From Bacteriovoracia bacterium (GTDB lineage Bacteria > Bdellovibrionota > UBA1018 > JBFWNL01): DNA of 64,000 nt. The notes beneath the pieces were generated by a model, which was not told where the DNA came from, searched no databases, and saw only the letters and a list, made by a program, of their open reading frames with translations. The DNA is taken from positions 96,001-160,000 of the forward strand of contig JBFWNL010000007.1 of the NCBI GenBank assembly GCA_050251055.1, in the 5' to 3' direction. The translations under genes and the position numbers were made by a program. Below are positions 1 through 9,335 of this stretch, piece after piece (the first letter of the stretch is position 1; the number at the start of each line of letters is the position of its first letter).

Positions 1-3000
1 GCTCCGTGACGCGCGTGACGACCTCGGCCGCGACTTTCTCACCGCCGGGCACGGCGTATTCAGCGGAGATTTTCGTCTCCCCTGACTTGAGGGCTACGGC
101 GTGACCTTCATTTTCCTTGGCGTTGCTAATGCTCAAGATCTCGCGGTTATCGCTCTTCCAGATCGCAAGCGCCGTGACGTCGACACGCGATCCGTCGCCG
201 CCACGCGCGTAGGCCTTGAACTTGCGTTTTTCGCCGACGGCAAGCGCACCGCGGTCGGGTTGAATTTCCAGTCGGGTGGGATCGACTTCCTTTACCGTCA
301 ACGCCATGGAGACGGATGGGAGGTCTACATCCGGCAATTCGGCCACGATCTTGGCCACGCCCGCGCCTAGGCCCTGGCAAATTCCCGTCGCGGCGCCCAC
401 GCTCGCGATCCCCCTGTCTTCAGTCGAGAAGATGACTTTCGCGGTGACGTCGTCGATGCTTCCATCTGAAAGGGTAGCTAGAACCTGGGCGGAGTAGCGA
501 TCTCCTTTGGCGATGGTCGCTGCGTTTTCTGCGAACGCGAGCTGTCGCGGCACGGCGGGCGTTACTTGAACCAGGCGGCTGCCCCAAGTGGATTCCCGGT
601 CGGCAAGCTGTAGGACCGCCGCGCCCACGCTCACTCCAGTGATCATACCTGGCTGCATGGCGCTCGCGGACAGCACCCCGGGGCGATCGGACGTCCATAC
701 CAACTGCGAGGTGACGTCACGCACGGATCCGTCGCCGTAGTAACCGCGCGCGGTGAGGCGTAGCGAGTTCCCCTTCGCCACCGATAGCGATCCGAGGGGT
801 AGGATTTCCACCCGTAGCAGGCGCGCCGAGGTGACTTGAAGTTTTGCGTGCCCCGTGACGTCGCCGCCGGAATATGCGCTGACAAAGGACATTCCGTCGA
901 GCACCGAGCGGATCGCGCCTTCGCGGTGACTCGACATGCGGGCGGTGATTTTGGCGGTTTTTCCGGCCTGGATCCCGATGAACGTGCCCGGACGGGCTTC
1001 GTCCGCTTTCGCCACGGATTCGTCGTCCGCTGTCCACTGCACTGCGGAGGTCAGGTCGCGGCGCGAGCCGTTCGTATAGATGCCGAGCGCGGTAAAGGCT
1101 TGCAATTCGCCGGCCGCCACGCTCGCTTCGGGGGGAGCGATTTCGATCCAGGCGAGTGCGACGTCCTGTACGGTGACGCTCGCACGGCCGGTGATTCCAT
1201 CCAGGGTGGCCGAGAGTTCCGTACGTCCCGGTTTTTCCCCGGCGCGGAATGCACCCGATCCCAAGGGCTTCGCCACTTGCGCATCAGCCGATGCCCACGC
1301 GGCCTCGTGGGTGAGATTGCGGCGCGAGCCGTCCTGATAGACACCGGTGGCATTAAAGGTTTCGGTTTCGTCGATTTCTAGAACGGCATCCAGGGGGGAG
1401 AGTTCGATCGCCACGAGCGTCTTTCCCGCGGCGGTTACCTTTAAAAGCGCGTACCCCGTGACCACGGCTTTTTCGTTCGCTCCCGCGGCCCCCGTGGAGA
1501 AGGAAACGCGTGCTTCTCCTTCCTTAACGCCTTTGAATGCGCCCCCGCCTTCGCTGGCCGCTACTTCCGGTTTCTCCGATCGCCAGATGCCTTCGCGTAG
1601 GGGTTCGGCCCGCCCATCGCTGAACTTTCCGATCGCCTGGTAATGAATGAGCTTTCCTGCTTCTACTTGACCGGAGTTCCCGAGCGGAGGTACGAGTTCG
1701 ATCGAGACGAGTTTGAGTTCATTGGGTTCGCGGTTTTGCACCTCAAGCGTGGCTTGCGCAACGAGGCCGCTGCCCGGTTCTTTGGCCATGACGCCGAGAC
1801 GGCCGGCCTTTAGTCCGCGGGCGATGCCCGAGGCCTCGATCGTCGCCAGCTCCCGATCGCTTACACCCCATTCGACTTTGGTGGAAATGTCCTGGGTGCT
1901 TTGATCGTCGAAGGTCCCTTTGGCGGTAAAGACGATAGCTTGGCCTACCCGAACCGCACCGCGTTCCGGATTGATCTGGATCGAGGTCAGCTGCGGGGTC
2001 GTCGCGAGAACCACCAGGGCCGCCTGGGCCGAACGGCGTTGCCCGGGCTCGGTGGCGGTGATCGTGACCCGGCCGGGTTTCAGGGTTTTAAATAGTCCGT
2101 TTTCCTCGAGCGCCGCTACGGAAGGGTCGGAGCTTTGCCATTGGGCTTCGGCGGTGAGCTCACGCGAGCTCCCATCTGAATACGCCCCGATGAAGTGGAA
2201 CCGTTGAGAAGTGCCCGCCCGCACCGATGCGGTGAAGGGGTCCAAGAAAACGTTCACGAGACTCGGGGCACGGCGTAGAACCGTGACGTCCAGCCGCCCG
2301 GTTTTGGGAGACGTGCCGTTTCCCATTTCGACGGCTTCGATACGCGTGACGCCTTCGCCGAGGGCCACCAACTGCCCTTCGGATCCCGGCGCGTTACTCA
2401 CTTGGGCGACGGCACCGACCGTTGAGTTCCACACCACCCGGTCGGTGAATGGCACGCTCGTGCCGTCGGAAAAATGTCCCGTGGCCGAGAGGGGCCGGAC
2501 ATCTTCCACGTACACGGGGCCGACAAGGGGAGCAATCGTGATACCGGTGAGTACGGCGGGAGTGACCGTCACTACCGCCCGGGCGGACTCCACCACTTCC
2601 GCGGGGCGCTCGAGGCTTCCGGGCGCGCTGAGCGCGATCAGGTTTCGCACCGCCGACGCCATGATTTCCGCGTTGCCGGGGCGTATTCCGGTGACGACTC
2701 CCGGAGACCCGGGAGCGTTGCTAACGAGGGCGACGTCGGTCTGTCGACTGCGCCAGGCGACGCCGCTGGTGATATCTGAGGTCGTGCCGTTGGAAAACCG
2801 TCCCAAGGCGCGAAGCGGAACTCGTTGGCCGGCCGGGACGCTTGCGGCCGCTGGATTGACATCAATCGATAGCAGCTGTTCGGGACGAATCACGACGTTA
2901 ACATAGACGGGGGGAGCGCCGGCGTAACTGACGAGCACTTCCGTGGAGCCGGCGCCTTGCGCTCGGGCGACGTTCAGCCGGACCGGGTCGAAGCGAAGCA

Positions 3001-3826
3001 CCGCGGAGTTCTGGCTCTGCCAGGTCACTTGGGAGGTGAGGTTCACGTATTGACCACTGGAGTTGGTGAAGATCGCCTCGGCTTGGAACGGGATCTCCGC
3101 CAGAGTCCAAGGTTGGGCGACGCTACTCGGCGTGATTCGCAGGGGTGAAAGCAGCTCGGCGGCGGCGACGCGTACGCCATTGAGGTCGGCCGTGAGCCCG
3201 CCGAGGGTGGCGCGGACGTTAATCAAGCCAAGGCTTGAGTTTGACGCCGTTAGACGGCCCGGATTCCCCGCGGAAAAATTTGCGATCGAGGGCTGGGATG
3301 AAATCCAGCTCGCCTGGGAGGTGACATCTCGGGTAGTGTTGTCCGTATAAGTCATCGTGGCTTGGAGATTTCGGAACGAACCTTGGGGAATACCGCCGAC
3401 TAGCGGCGATACTCGCAGTCGGAGGGGGGCCGCTTCCGAAACGCGGACGGAAATTTCTACGAAAACTTTTTTCTGATTGGCGGGATTCTGCAAGGCCGCG
3501 CGAATTCGGGCCGCTCCCCGGCCTTGGGCGCGGAAGGTACCGGCGGAGGTGACCGTCAACACGGGGTCACCGCTGATTTCCCACTCCAGTTCTTGGGCCT
3601 GTAGCATCTGCGCCGGTTGCCCGGCGCTGATTTTGTAGATGCGAATCTGATTAGTGGTGCCGAGCGGCCAGCTGGCGTTGATGGAGGAAAGATCCGTCTC
3701 AAGCGAGAACTCCGCTTTTGCGAGCTCATCCTGACGGTACAGCCCCGTGCAGCCGGTGGTGGATATAGATAGAGCGACGATTAACCCAAAGAGTAAACGA
3801 ACCAAGCGAGAACCCCCTGCTTTCAC
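1..3826 (-). CDS. Large lipoprotein with tandem bacterial Ig-like group 2 (Big_2) repeats, Lig/intimin-like adhesin; runs off the window start, absent from the ORF track
   Basis: Manual translation from GTG 3826 (GAGGA upstream): MKAGGSRLVRLLFGLIVALSISTTGC (lipobox-like). Repeats such as FNATGVYQDGSRRNLTHEAAWAS and FTALGIYTNGSRRDLTSAVQWT. The same frame is open at position 130 (ISNAKENEGHAVALKSGETKISA). Frame was spot-checked, not read codon by codon. Confidence 0.88.
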   Translation of the reverse strand, partial: MKAGGSRLVRLLFGLIVALSISTTGCTGLYRQDELAKAEFSLETDLSSINASWPLGTTNQIRIYKISAGQPAQMLQAQELEWEISGDPVLTVTSAGTFRAQGRGAARIRAALQNPANQKKVFVEISVRVSEAAPLRLRVSPLVGGIPQGSFRNLQATMTYTDNTTRDVTSQASWISSQPSIANFSAGNPGRLTASNSSLGLINVRATLGGLTADLNGVRVAAAELLSPLRITPSSVAQPWTLAEIPFQAEAIFTNSSGQYVNLTSQVTWQSQNSAVLRFDPVRLNVARAQGAGSTEVLVSYAGAPPVYVNVVIRPEQLLSIDVNPAAASVPAGQRVPLRALGRFSNGTTSDITSGVAWRSRQTDVALVSNAPGSPGVVTGIRPGNAEIMASAVRNLIALSAPGSLERPAEVVESARAVVTVTPAVLTGITIAPLVGPVYVEDVRPLSATGHFSDGTSVPFTDRVVWNSTVGAVAQVSNAPGSEGQLVALGEGVTRIEAVEMGNGTSPKTGRLDVTVLRRAPSLVNVFLDPFTASVRAGTSQRFHFIGAYSDGSSRELTAEAQWQSSDPSVAALEENGLFKTLKPGRVTITATEPGQRRSAQAALVVLATTPQLTSIQINPERGAVRVGQAIVFTAKGTFDDQSTQDISTKVEWGVSDRELATIEASGIARGLKAGRLGVMAKEPGSGLVAQATLEVQNREPNELKLVSIELVPPLGNSGQVEAGKLIHYQAIGKFSDGRAEPLREGIWRSEKPEVAASEGGGAFKGVKEGEARVSFSTGAAGANEKAVVTGYALLKVTAAGKTLVAIELSPLDAVLEIDETETFNATGVYQDGSRRNLTHEAAWASADAQVAKPLGSGAFRAGEKPGRTELSATLDGITGRASVTVQDVALAWIEIAPPEASVAAGELQAFTALGIYTNGSRRDLTSAVQWTADDESVAKADEARPGTFIGIQAGKTAKITARMSSHREGAIRSVLDGMSFVSAYSGGDVTGHAKLQVTSARLLRVEILPLGSLSVAKGNSLRLTARGYYGDGSVRDVTSQLVWTSDRPGVLSASAMQPGMITGVSVGAAVLQLADRESTWGSRLVQVTPAVPRQLAFAENAATIAKGDRYSAQVLATLSDGSIDDVTAKVIFSTEDRGIASVGAATGICQGLGAGVAKIVAELPDVDLPSVSMALTVKEVDPTRLEIQPDRGALAVGEKRKFKAYARGGDGSRVDVTALAIWKSDNREILSISNAKENEGHAVALKSGETKISAEYAVPGGEKVAAEVVTRVTE

Positions 3827-3844
3827 ACACGTTCCTCAGCGTAA

Positions 3845-3980
3845 GCCCAGATACCTCTTTATTTTCATATATATGACTATATTAGTCAACAATTATGATG
3901 CCACAAAAACCTTTAAATATCATCGAATTAAATTTATTCGACTGATAAAAATTAATAATAAATTAAGAATCCCGGCCCAC
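3845..3980. promoter_or_regulatory. Very AT-rich intergenic tract, likely the regulatory region of the Ig-repeat gene
   Basis: Abrupt AT-rich stretch (e.g. aaatttattcgactgataaaaattaataataaattaag) in a GC-rich background, directly upstream of the 3826 start. Confidence 0.5.
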
Positions 3981-3983
3981 TCT

Positions 3984-5309
3984 TTATTTCAAGAGACTGC
4001 GAACGGCGTTGAGGTCTCCATCGTTCTTTGCGGGGGTCAGGCCCAGGATTTCGCTCACCAAGGCGTAGATGTGGAGGTTGCTAAAGGCGCCCGACGTATA
4101 CTTTGACTTGAAGGCCGGACCGCGGGCAACGAAGAACCCGCGCATTACGGCGAGCTCGTTATCGTATCCGTGCGTCGCCGCCGAAGGCTTGCGCGGGCTT
4201 TGCGAGATGTAGAATTTTTCGTCCGGCACGCAGATGATCGGTGCCGTACGGACGCTCTTGCCGTAGCGATAACGGGCAGGCAGGTTTCCGTTCTTGTAGA
4301 CCGCCATATGCGGATGGGCGTCTTTCAAGGCGGAGAAAACGGCATCGAGCTTACCGGCCTTGGGGAAAATCTGGGCAAAGGCGCCCGCGCTGATGATCTC
4401 GACATCGCTCAAGTTGATGTACTTATCGAGGGCGATCACCTTGTCGGCGTCGATGGCACTCATGCCATGGTCGGACACGAATACTAGATTCACCTTGTCT
4501 TCAAGCTTTCGGTTTTCCAGCCCCTTCGCGAGCAGACCGATGGCGTCGTCAACCTCTTGGATGGCTTTCTTCACTTCGGTCGAATCCGGACCGTAACCGT
4601 GACCGGCGCTGTCGACGTCTTCGAAGTAAAGCGTGATCATCGTTGGACGCGTGGCGAGCGGCAGATCCAGCCAGTCCAATACCTGCTGCACGCGCTGGTC
4701 GCGCGGGAACTTCGCATCGTACTTCTTATAGTAGGTTGGGCGTACGCCTTTAATTTCCGCGGTGCTGCCTGGCCAAAACATCGCGGCGGCGGTCTGCCCT
4801 TGCTTCTCGGCGGTTACCCAGATCGGTTCTCCCCACCACCAGCGAGGATCATCCGTGATTTCGGAGGAGGCGCCCAAGCTGAACGTAACTCCGGGGAGGT
4901 TAGGGTCGCGGATATCGTTGGCGGTGATACCGTGGTTGTCCGGGAGCAGTCCCGTGACGATCGAGTAATGATTGGGGAATGTTAGCGTCGGAAAAACCGG
5001 TAGGAGGGCTTCCGCGCGTACACCTTGATCCGCGATGCGCTTGAGATTCGTCGGTGCATACTTGGATAGGTAGTCGTGGCGAAAACCATCCACGGAAACC
5101 AGGATGACGGTGGGTTTAAAATCGCCAACCGGTGCGATGGACTGTTCGGGGGTAGGGCTGGCAGTCGAGGCCGGAAGCTTGGCGCTGGTTTTGGGCAAAG
5201 CCGGCGCGTTGAGGGAGGCTGCCCCGCAGCTCACTACCGCCAGAGTTAAGAGCGTTACCCAAGTCCGTCCCCAAATTTTAGTCATGAAATGATCCCCCGA
5301 GATTTTCAT
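3984..5309 (-). CDS. Ectonucleotide pyrophosphatase/phosphodiesterase (ENPP, alkaline phosphatase superfamily) lipoprotein
   Basis: Motifs LVSVDGFR, PTLTFPNHYSIVTGL, WWWGEPIW, DSAGH, SDHGM, THGYDN; lipobox VVSC. Confidence 0.93.
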   Translation of the reverse strand: MKISGDHFMTKIWGRTWVTLLTLAVVSCGAASLNAPALPKTSAKLPASTASPTPEQSIAPVGDFKPTVILVSVDGFRHDYLSKYAPTNLKRIADQGVRAEALLPVFPTLTFPNHYSIVTGLLPDNHGITANDIRDPNLPGVTFSLGASSEITDDPRWWWGEPIWVTAEKQGQTAAAMFWPGSTAEIKGVRPTYYKKYDAKFPRDQRVQQVLDWLDLPLATRPTMITLYFEDVDSAGHGYGPDSTEVKKAIQEVDDAIGLLAKGLENRKLEDKVNLVFVSDHGMSAIDADKVIALDKYINLSDVEIISAGAFAQIFPKAGKLDAVFSALKDAHPHMAVYKNGNLPARYRYGKSVRTAPIICVPDEKFYISQSPRKPSAATHGYDNELAVMRGFFVARGPAFKSKYTSGAFSNLHIYALVSEILGLTPAKNDGDLNAVRSLLK

Positions 5310-5387
5310 CTCGTTCGGATAACATCAAAGCAGATGAGCGGGTAGGGGAGCCCCGAAATTCTAACTAATGCGATGCACCACAGATGA

Positions 5388-5816
5388 CTAGCCGCGCGGA
5401 AAGCGCGTGCTTTCAGGGAATTCCTGTAGGATTTCCTGCTGGGCTTTTTCAACGTCCGCGGCGCGTTGAGGAGCTTGTTGGCTCATCTCTTCCTCTAAAG
5501 TTTTGGTGCGACGCGTTGGAAGATTCAGAAAAATTACTTTCTTCACTTCTTCTGGGACTCCGCGCAGTGCCAGCGCAAGCTTAGTATCCGGAATACGACC
5601 GAGTACTTTCTGGAGTTCTCGCACGTGGATTTTAGCCAAGTCGTCGAAGGTGAAGAGCTTGGCTTGAATCTCTTGGGCAAGCTTTGGGTCTCGGACCACG
5701 ATCTCCGCCATGATGCGGTCCCTTGATTCCTTATCGAGATGCTGGAAGATCTCGACGACCGCCATCACTCCTCCAATGGCTTTCCCCTGCGGTTTCTCCT
5801 GCTCAGATTTTTTCAT
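5388..5816 (-). CDS. Stand-alone FliG C-terminal domain protein
   Basis: EIQAKLFTFDDL, LALALRG and DVEKAQQEIL match FliG_C. Start taken at ATG 5816 (MKKSEQ). Confidence 0.75.
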   Translation of the reverse strand: MKKSEQEKPQGKAIGGVMAVVEIFQHLDKESRDRIMAEIVVRDPKLAQEIQAKLFTFDDLAKIHVRELQKVLGRIPDTKLALALRGVPEEVKKVIFLNLPTRRTKTLEEEMSQQAPQRAADVEKAQQEILQEFPESTRFPRG

Positions 5817-5992
5817 ATGAGTGTGTCGGCGCCCGAACTGTAGTCCTGGCATCGCACCTTAATAGTACTTGCGGCCGCGTGGAGTTGGGAGAACAATCAG
5901 ACCAGTTTTTTAATGCTGATGGAACGGCCGCCAAAAGGCGCTGCGCGTTACTTTGTTCTTGTCAGCAAATAGCCGCAGTGGGAGAGGGAGCG

Positions 5993-7369
5993 ATGGCCCA
6001 GTCCGTACTAGACGAAATCCGCAAACAGGATCAAGGGAAGGTGAAGGTTGCCGTCACCGACGTGGACGGTATCCTTCGCGGTAAGTACCTACGCAAAGAC
6101 AAGTTTCTTTCGGCCGCGACTCCGGGGGAAGGCGCCGGCTTTGGTTTTTGCAATGTCGTTTTCGGCTGGGACTCTTCCGACGTCTGCTACGACAACGCCC
6201 AGTACACGGGTTGGCACACGGGGTATCCCGATGCCCACGTGAAGCTCGATTTGAACACCTACCGTCGGGTGCCCTGGGACGGCAATGTCGCTTTTTTTCT
6301 CGGCGACTTCGTTGACGGCCAGGGCGCGCCGCTGGGCGTGTGCCCTCGGGCGCTCTTAAAACAAGTGATTGCGCGTGCGGCTAAAGCGGGCTTTCGGGCG
6401 AGCTGTGGGATGGAGTTCGAGTGGTTCAACTTCCGCGAGACCCCGCAATCGCTCGCGGAAAAGAAGTATCACTCGCCCGAGCCGCTCTCTCCCGGCATGT
6501 TTGGTTATTCGGTCCTGCGCATGAGCCAAAATCAGCCGTTCTTCGCGGCGCTCATGGACGAGATGGCCGCCTTCAACGTGCCGATCGAGGGGTTGCACAC
6601 CGAAACGGGGCCCGGTGTATTCGAAGCGGCGATTTTGTATTCCGACGCACTCGAGGCGGCGGACCGCGCGGTACTCTTCAAGAGCGCGGCAAAGGAAATC
6701 GGCCATCGCTTCGGCATCTTGCCCAGCTTCATGGCGAAGTGGAATTCCACGCTCCCGGGGTGCAGCGGCCATACCCACCAAAGTCTCGGGCCGGTGGGCG
6801 GCGGCAGCGACGGAAAGAATCTTTTTTTTGATGAAGCCGATCCAAACAAGATGAGCAAGCTCTTCAGACAATACTTGGCCGGCCAGCTGGCCTGTTTGCC
6901 GGAAATCCTGCCGTTTTTCGCGCCGAACGTGAATAGTTACAAACGCCTGGTCGACGGCTATTGGGCGCCGACCAAGCCGACCTGGGGCGTGGACAACCGC
7001 ACGGTGGCGTTTCGCGTGATTCCGGGCAGCGCAAAGTCGACGCGGTTAGAGACGCGCGTGCCGGGCTCCGACGTGAATCCCTATTTGGCGGTTGCCGCCT
7101 GTATCGCGAGTGGTTTGTACGGCATCGAAAAGGGGTTGGAGCTGAAAGAAAAACCCGTCCTCGGCAGCGCTTACAAAGAAAGCTCGGCCGTGCGCTTGCC
7201 GCGGGATTTGCATGAAGCTACGCGCCGGCTCGCCGATTCGAAAATCGCGCGGGAACTCTTTGGCGAAGCCTTTGTCGACCATTTCGTCCGCACCCGTCAG
7301 TGGGAGTGGCGTCAGTTCCAGGACTCCGTCACGAGCTGGGAAATGCAAAGGTACTTCGAGATCATTTGA
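5993..7369 (+). CDS. Glutamine synthetase-like gamma-glutamyl-amine ligase (GlnA4/PuuA-like)
   Basis: DVDGILRGK, GMEFEW, HTETGPGVFE, FMAK, GCSGHTHQSL, NSYKRL, WGVDNRT, RLETRVPGSDVNPY. ATG 5993 follows GGAGAGGGAG. Confidence 0.92.
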   Translation: MAQSVLDEIRKQDQGKVKVAVTDVDGILRGKYLRKDKFLSAATPGEGAGFGFCNVVFGWDSSDVCYDNAQYTGWHTGYPDAHVKLDLNTYRRVPWDGNVAFFLGDFVDGQGAPLGVCPRALLKQVIARAAKAGFRASCGMEFEWFNFRETPQSLAEKKYHSPEPLSPGMFGYSVLRMSQNQPFFAALMDEMAAFNVPIEGLHTETGPGVFEAAILYSDALEAADRAVLFKSAAKEIGHRFGILPSFMAKWNSTLPGCSGHTHQSLGPVGGGSDGKNLFFDEADPNKMSKLFRQYLAGQLACLPEILPFFAPNVNSYKRLVDGYWAPTKPTWGVDNRTVAFRVIPGSAKSTRLETRVPGSDVNPYLAVAACIASGLYGIEKGLELKEKPVLGSAYKESSAVRLPRDLHEATRRLADSKIARELFGEAFVDHFVRTRQWEWRQFQDSVTSWEMQRYFEII

Positions 7370-7379
7370 AGGAGAATCC

Positions 7380-8522
7380 ATGAGCCAATATCGTTTCAGT
7401 TTTCCGACGCCGATCCATTTCGGTGCGGGTGTTCGCCGACAAGTTGCCGATTTTTTAAAGGCACAGAAAATCGAACGGCCTCTGATCGTCACCGATCGGG
7501 GCGTCGCCGCGATTCCGGTGTTCCAGGACTTCGCCGCTTCGCTCGCGAAGGGCGGGCTCGCCTGCGAGACGTTTTCGGGCATCTGGGGCAACCCCGTGAA
7601 GAGCCAGGTGACCGCGGGCGTGCAGGCGTACCGGGCCCATCGCGCGGATGCCATCGTCGGCATCGGCGGTGGGGCGGCGCTCGACGTGGCGAAGGCGATC
7701 GCGCTTATGGTCACGCATCCCGGCGATCTTTTCGACTACGAGGACGAAAAACCGGGAGCGCGTCCGGTGGATGGCGAGATCCCGTTTTGGATCGCGCTCC
7801 CGACGACTTCCGGCACCGGCAGCGAAGTCGGCCGAAGCTCGGTCGTGTCGGATGACGAAACGCACGTAAAGAAGATCATCTTCTCGACCAAGCTCTTGGC
7901 ACGCGCGGTTTTTGCGGATCCGGAGTTCACGCTGGAGCTTCCCGCGAAAATCACGGCCGCGGTGGGGATGGATGCGCTCACCCACTGCGTGGAAGCGTAC
8001 CTCGCGAAAGGATTTCACCCCATCTGTGACGGGATCGCGCTAGAGGGCGTCCGTCTCTGTGGTCAAAGCTTGGTCAGGGTGGTTACGACCCCGAGTGATA
8101 TACAGGCGCGGAGTCTAATGATGATGGGCTCCATGATGGGCGCCATCGCGTTTCAAAAGGGCTTGGGCCTGACCCACTCCTGCGCGCACGCTCTCTCCAC
8201 GGTGGTGGACATGCATCACGGCTTGGCGAACGGGATCATGATCGACCACGCGCTCAAGTTCAACGTGCCGGCGGTGCCCGAACGATTTACGAATCTGGCG
8301 CAAACCGTGGGCCTGAAAGACATCCAGCCGTCCTCCTTCGTTAAGTGGCTGACGGAGCTGAAGGCCCAGACCGGCATTCCGGCGCAGTTAGGCGAAATGG
8401 GCGTGAAGAAAGATCAAGTGGAGCGGCTCTCGCAGATTGCGATCGCCGACGCCTGCCATCCGAGCAATCCGCGAGCCTGCACGCAGGACGATTTCCGCCG
8501 CATTTTCACGGAAGCCCTCTAG
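7380..8522 (+). CDS. Iron-containing alcohol dehydrogenase
   Basis: GIGGGAALD, PTTSGTGSE, DALTH..E, HSCAH, HHGLAN. SD GAAGGAG before ATG 7380. Confidence 0.92.
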   Translation: MSQYRFSFPTPIHFGAGVRRQVADFLKAQKIERPLIVTDRGVAAIPVFQDFAASLAKGGLACETFSGIWGNPVKSQVTAGVQAYRAHRADAIVGIGGGAALDVAKAIALMVTHPGDLFDYEDEKPGARPVDGEIPFWIALPTTSGTGSEVGRSSVVSDDETHVKKIIFSTKLLARAVFADPEFTLELPAKITAAVGMDALTHCVEAYLAKGFHPICDGIALEGVRLCGQSLVRVVTTPSDIQARSLMMMGSMMGAIAFQKGLGLTHSCAHALSTVVDMHHGLANGIMIDHALKFNVPAVPERFTNLAQTVGLKDIQPSSFVKWLTELKAQTGIPAQLGEMGVKKDQVERLSQIAIADACHPSNPRACTQDDFRRIFTEAL

Positions 8523-8525
8523 CGC

Positions 8526-9332
8526 ATGCGCCTAGCGATCTCCGCCTGCTTCTTCCACGCCGACCCCCAACGACCGATCTTCAAGGGGAAGACATTGCAG
8601 TATCTCGAGCAGACGCTCGCCCATTGGGTGATGTCCGAAGGCGCGCGCGCCTATCTGCTACCGGCGCCGCCCGCCATGGCGGGGGGGAAGGTGACCCTCA
8701 AGGACCTAGTCCGCGATTTCGACGGATTGATTCTACATGGAGGTGCGGACGTATCCCCGAAATCCTACGGTGATACGGCGCTGAAGCCCGAATGGAACGG
8801 CGACTATGTCCGTGACCAGTATGAGATCGCGCTCATGAAGGAGTTCATGACCCAAAGCAAGCCCGTGCTCGGCATCTGTCGGGGGTTGCAGCTCATGAAT
8901 GTCGCCTTGGGTGGGACCTTGATCCAGGACATCGCGACCCAAGTGCCCGGGGCGATCAATCATCGGAATTGGGAGATCTATGATCAGAATTTCCACGCCG
9001 TGGATATCTTCGCGGCCAGCGAGCTGGCCAAGGTCTACCCGGGAACGAAATCGGCTTGGGTCAATAGCGTGCACCATCAGGCCGTCAAGGATCTGCCGAA
9101 GGATTTTGCCGTCGAAGCCCGTTCGCCTCGCGACGGCGTCATCGAGGCCTGCCGTCTGAAAAGCCGCAATTATGTGCTAGGCGTGCAATGGCATCCGGAG
9201 TTCATGTGGCAGCCCGGCGTATTGCCGGAAACCGCCGCGGGTGCCGGTCTGGCCAAGCCTCCGGCCGGGCCGCTGCTGGACCCGCGCCCGCTCTTGCAGA
9301 ATTTCATGAAAGTCGTCTCGGAAAGGAAATAG
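8526..9332 (+). CDS. Gamma-glutamyl hydrolase (peptidase C26, PuuD-like)
   Basis: GGADV, LGICRGLQLMNVALGG, VNSVHHQAV, GVQWHPE catalytic motifs. Confidence 0.92.
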   Translation: MRLAISACFFHADPQRPIFKGKTLQYLEQTLAHWVMSEGARAYLLPAPPAMAGGKVTLKDLVRDFDGLILHGGADVSPKSYGDTALKPEWNGDYVRDQYEIALMKEFMTQSKPVLGICRGLQLMNVALGGTLIQDIATQVPGAINHRNWEIYDQNFHAVDIFAASELAKVYPGTKSAWVNSVHHQAVKDLPKDFAVEARSPRDGVIEACRLKSRNYVLGVQWHPEFMWQPGVLPETAAGAGLAKPPAGPLLDPRPLLQNFMKVVSERK

Positions 9333-9335
9333 TCC

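Noticed and set aside
101-3350. Many short ORFs in the track (e.g. 836-1381, 2211-2906)
   Set aside because: Antisense or off-frame shadows of the minus-strand Ig-repeat gene.
5723-5992. N-terminal extension of the GS-like ORF (similarly 7212, 23826, 32845, 36806, 58689)
   Set aside because: The extensions lack family similarity and mostly overlap other genes or promoters; downstream starts match the family N-termini and most have SDs.
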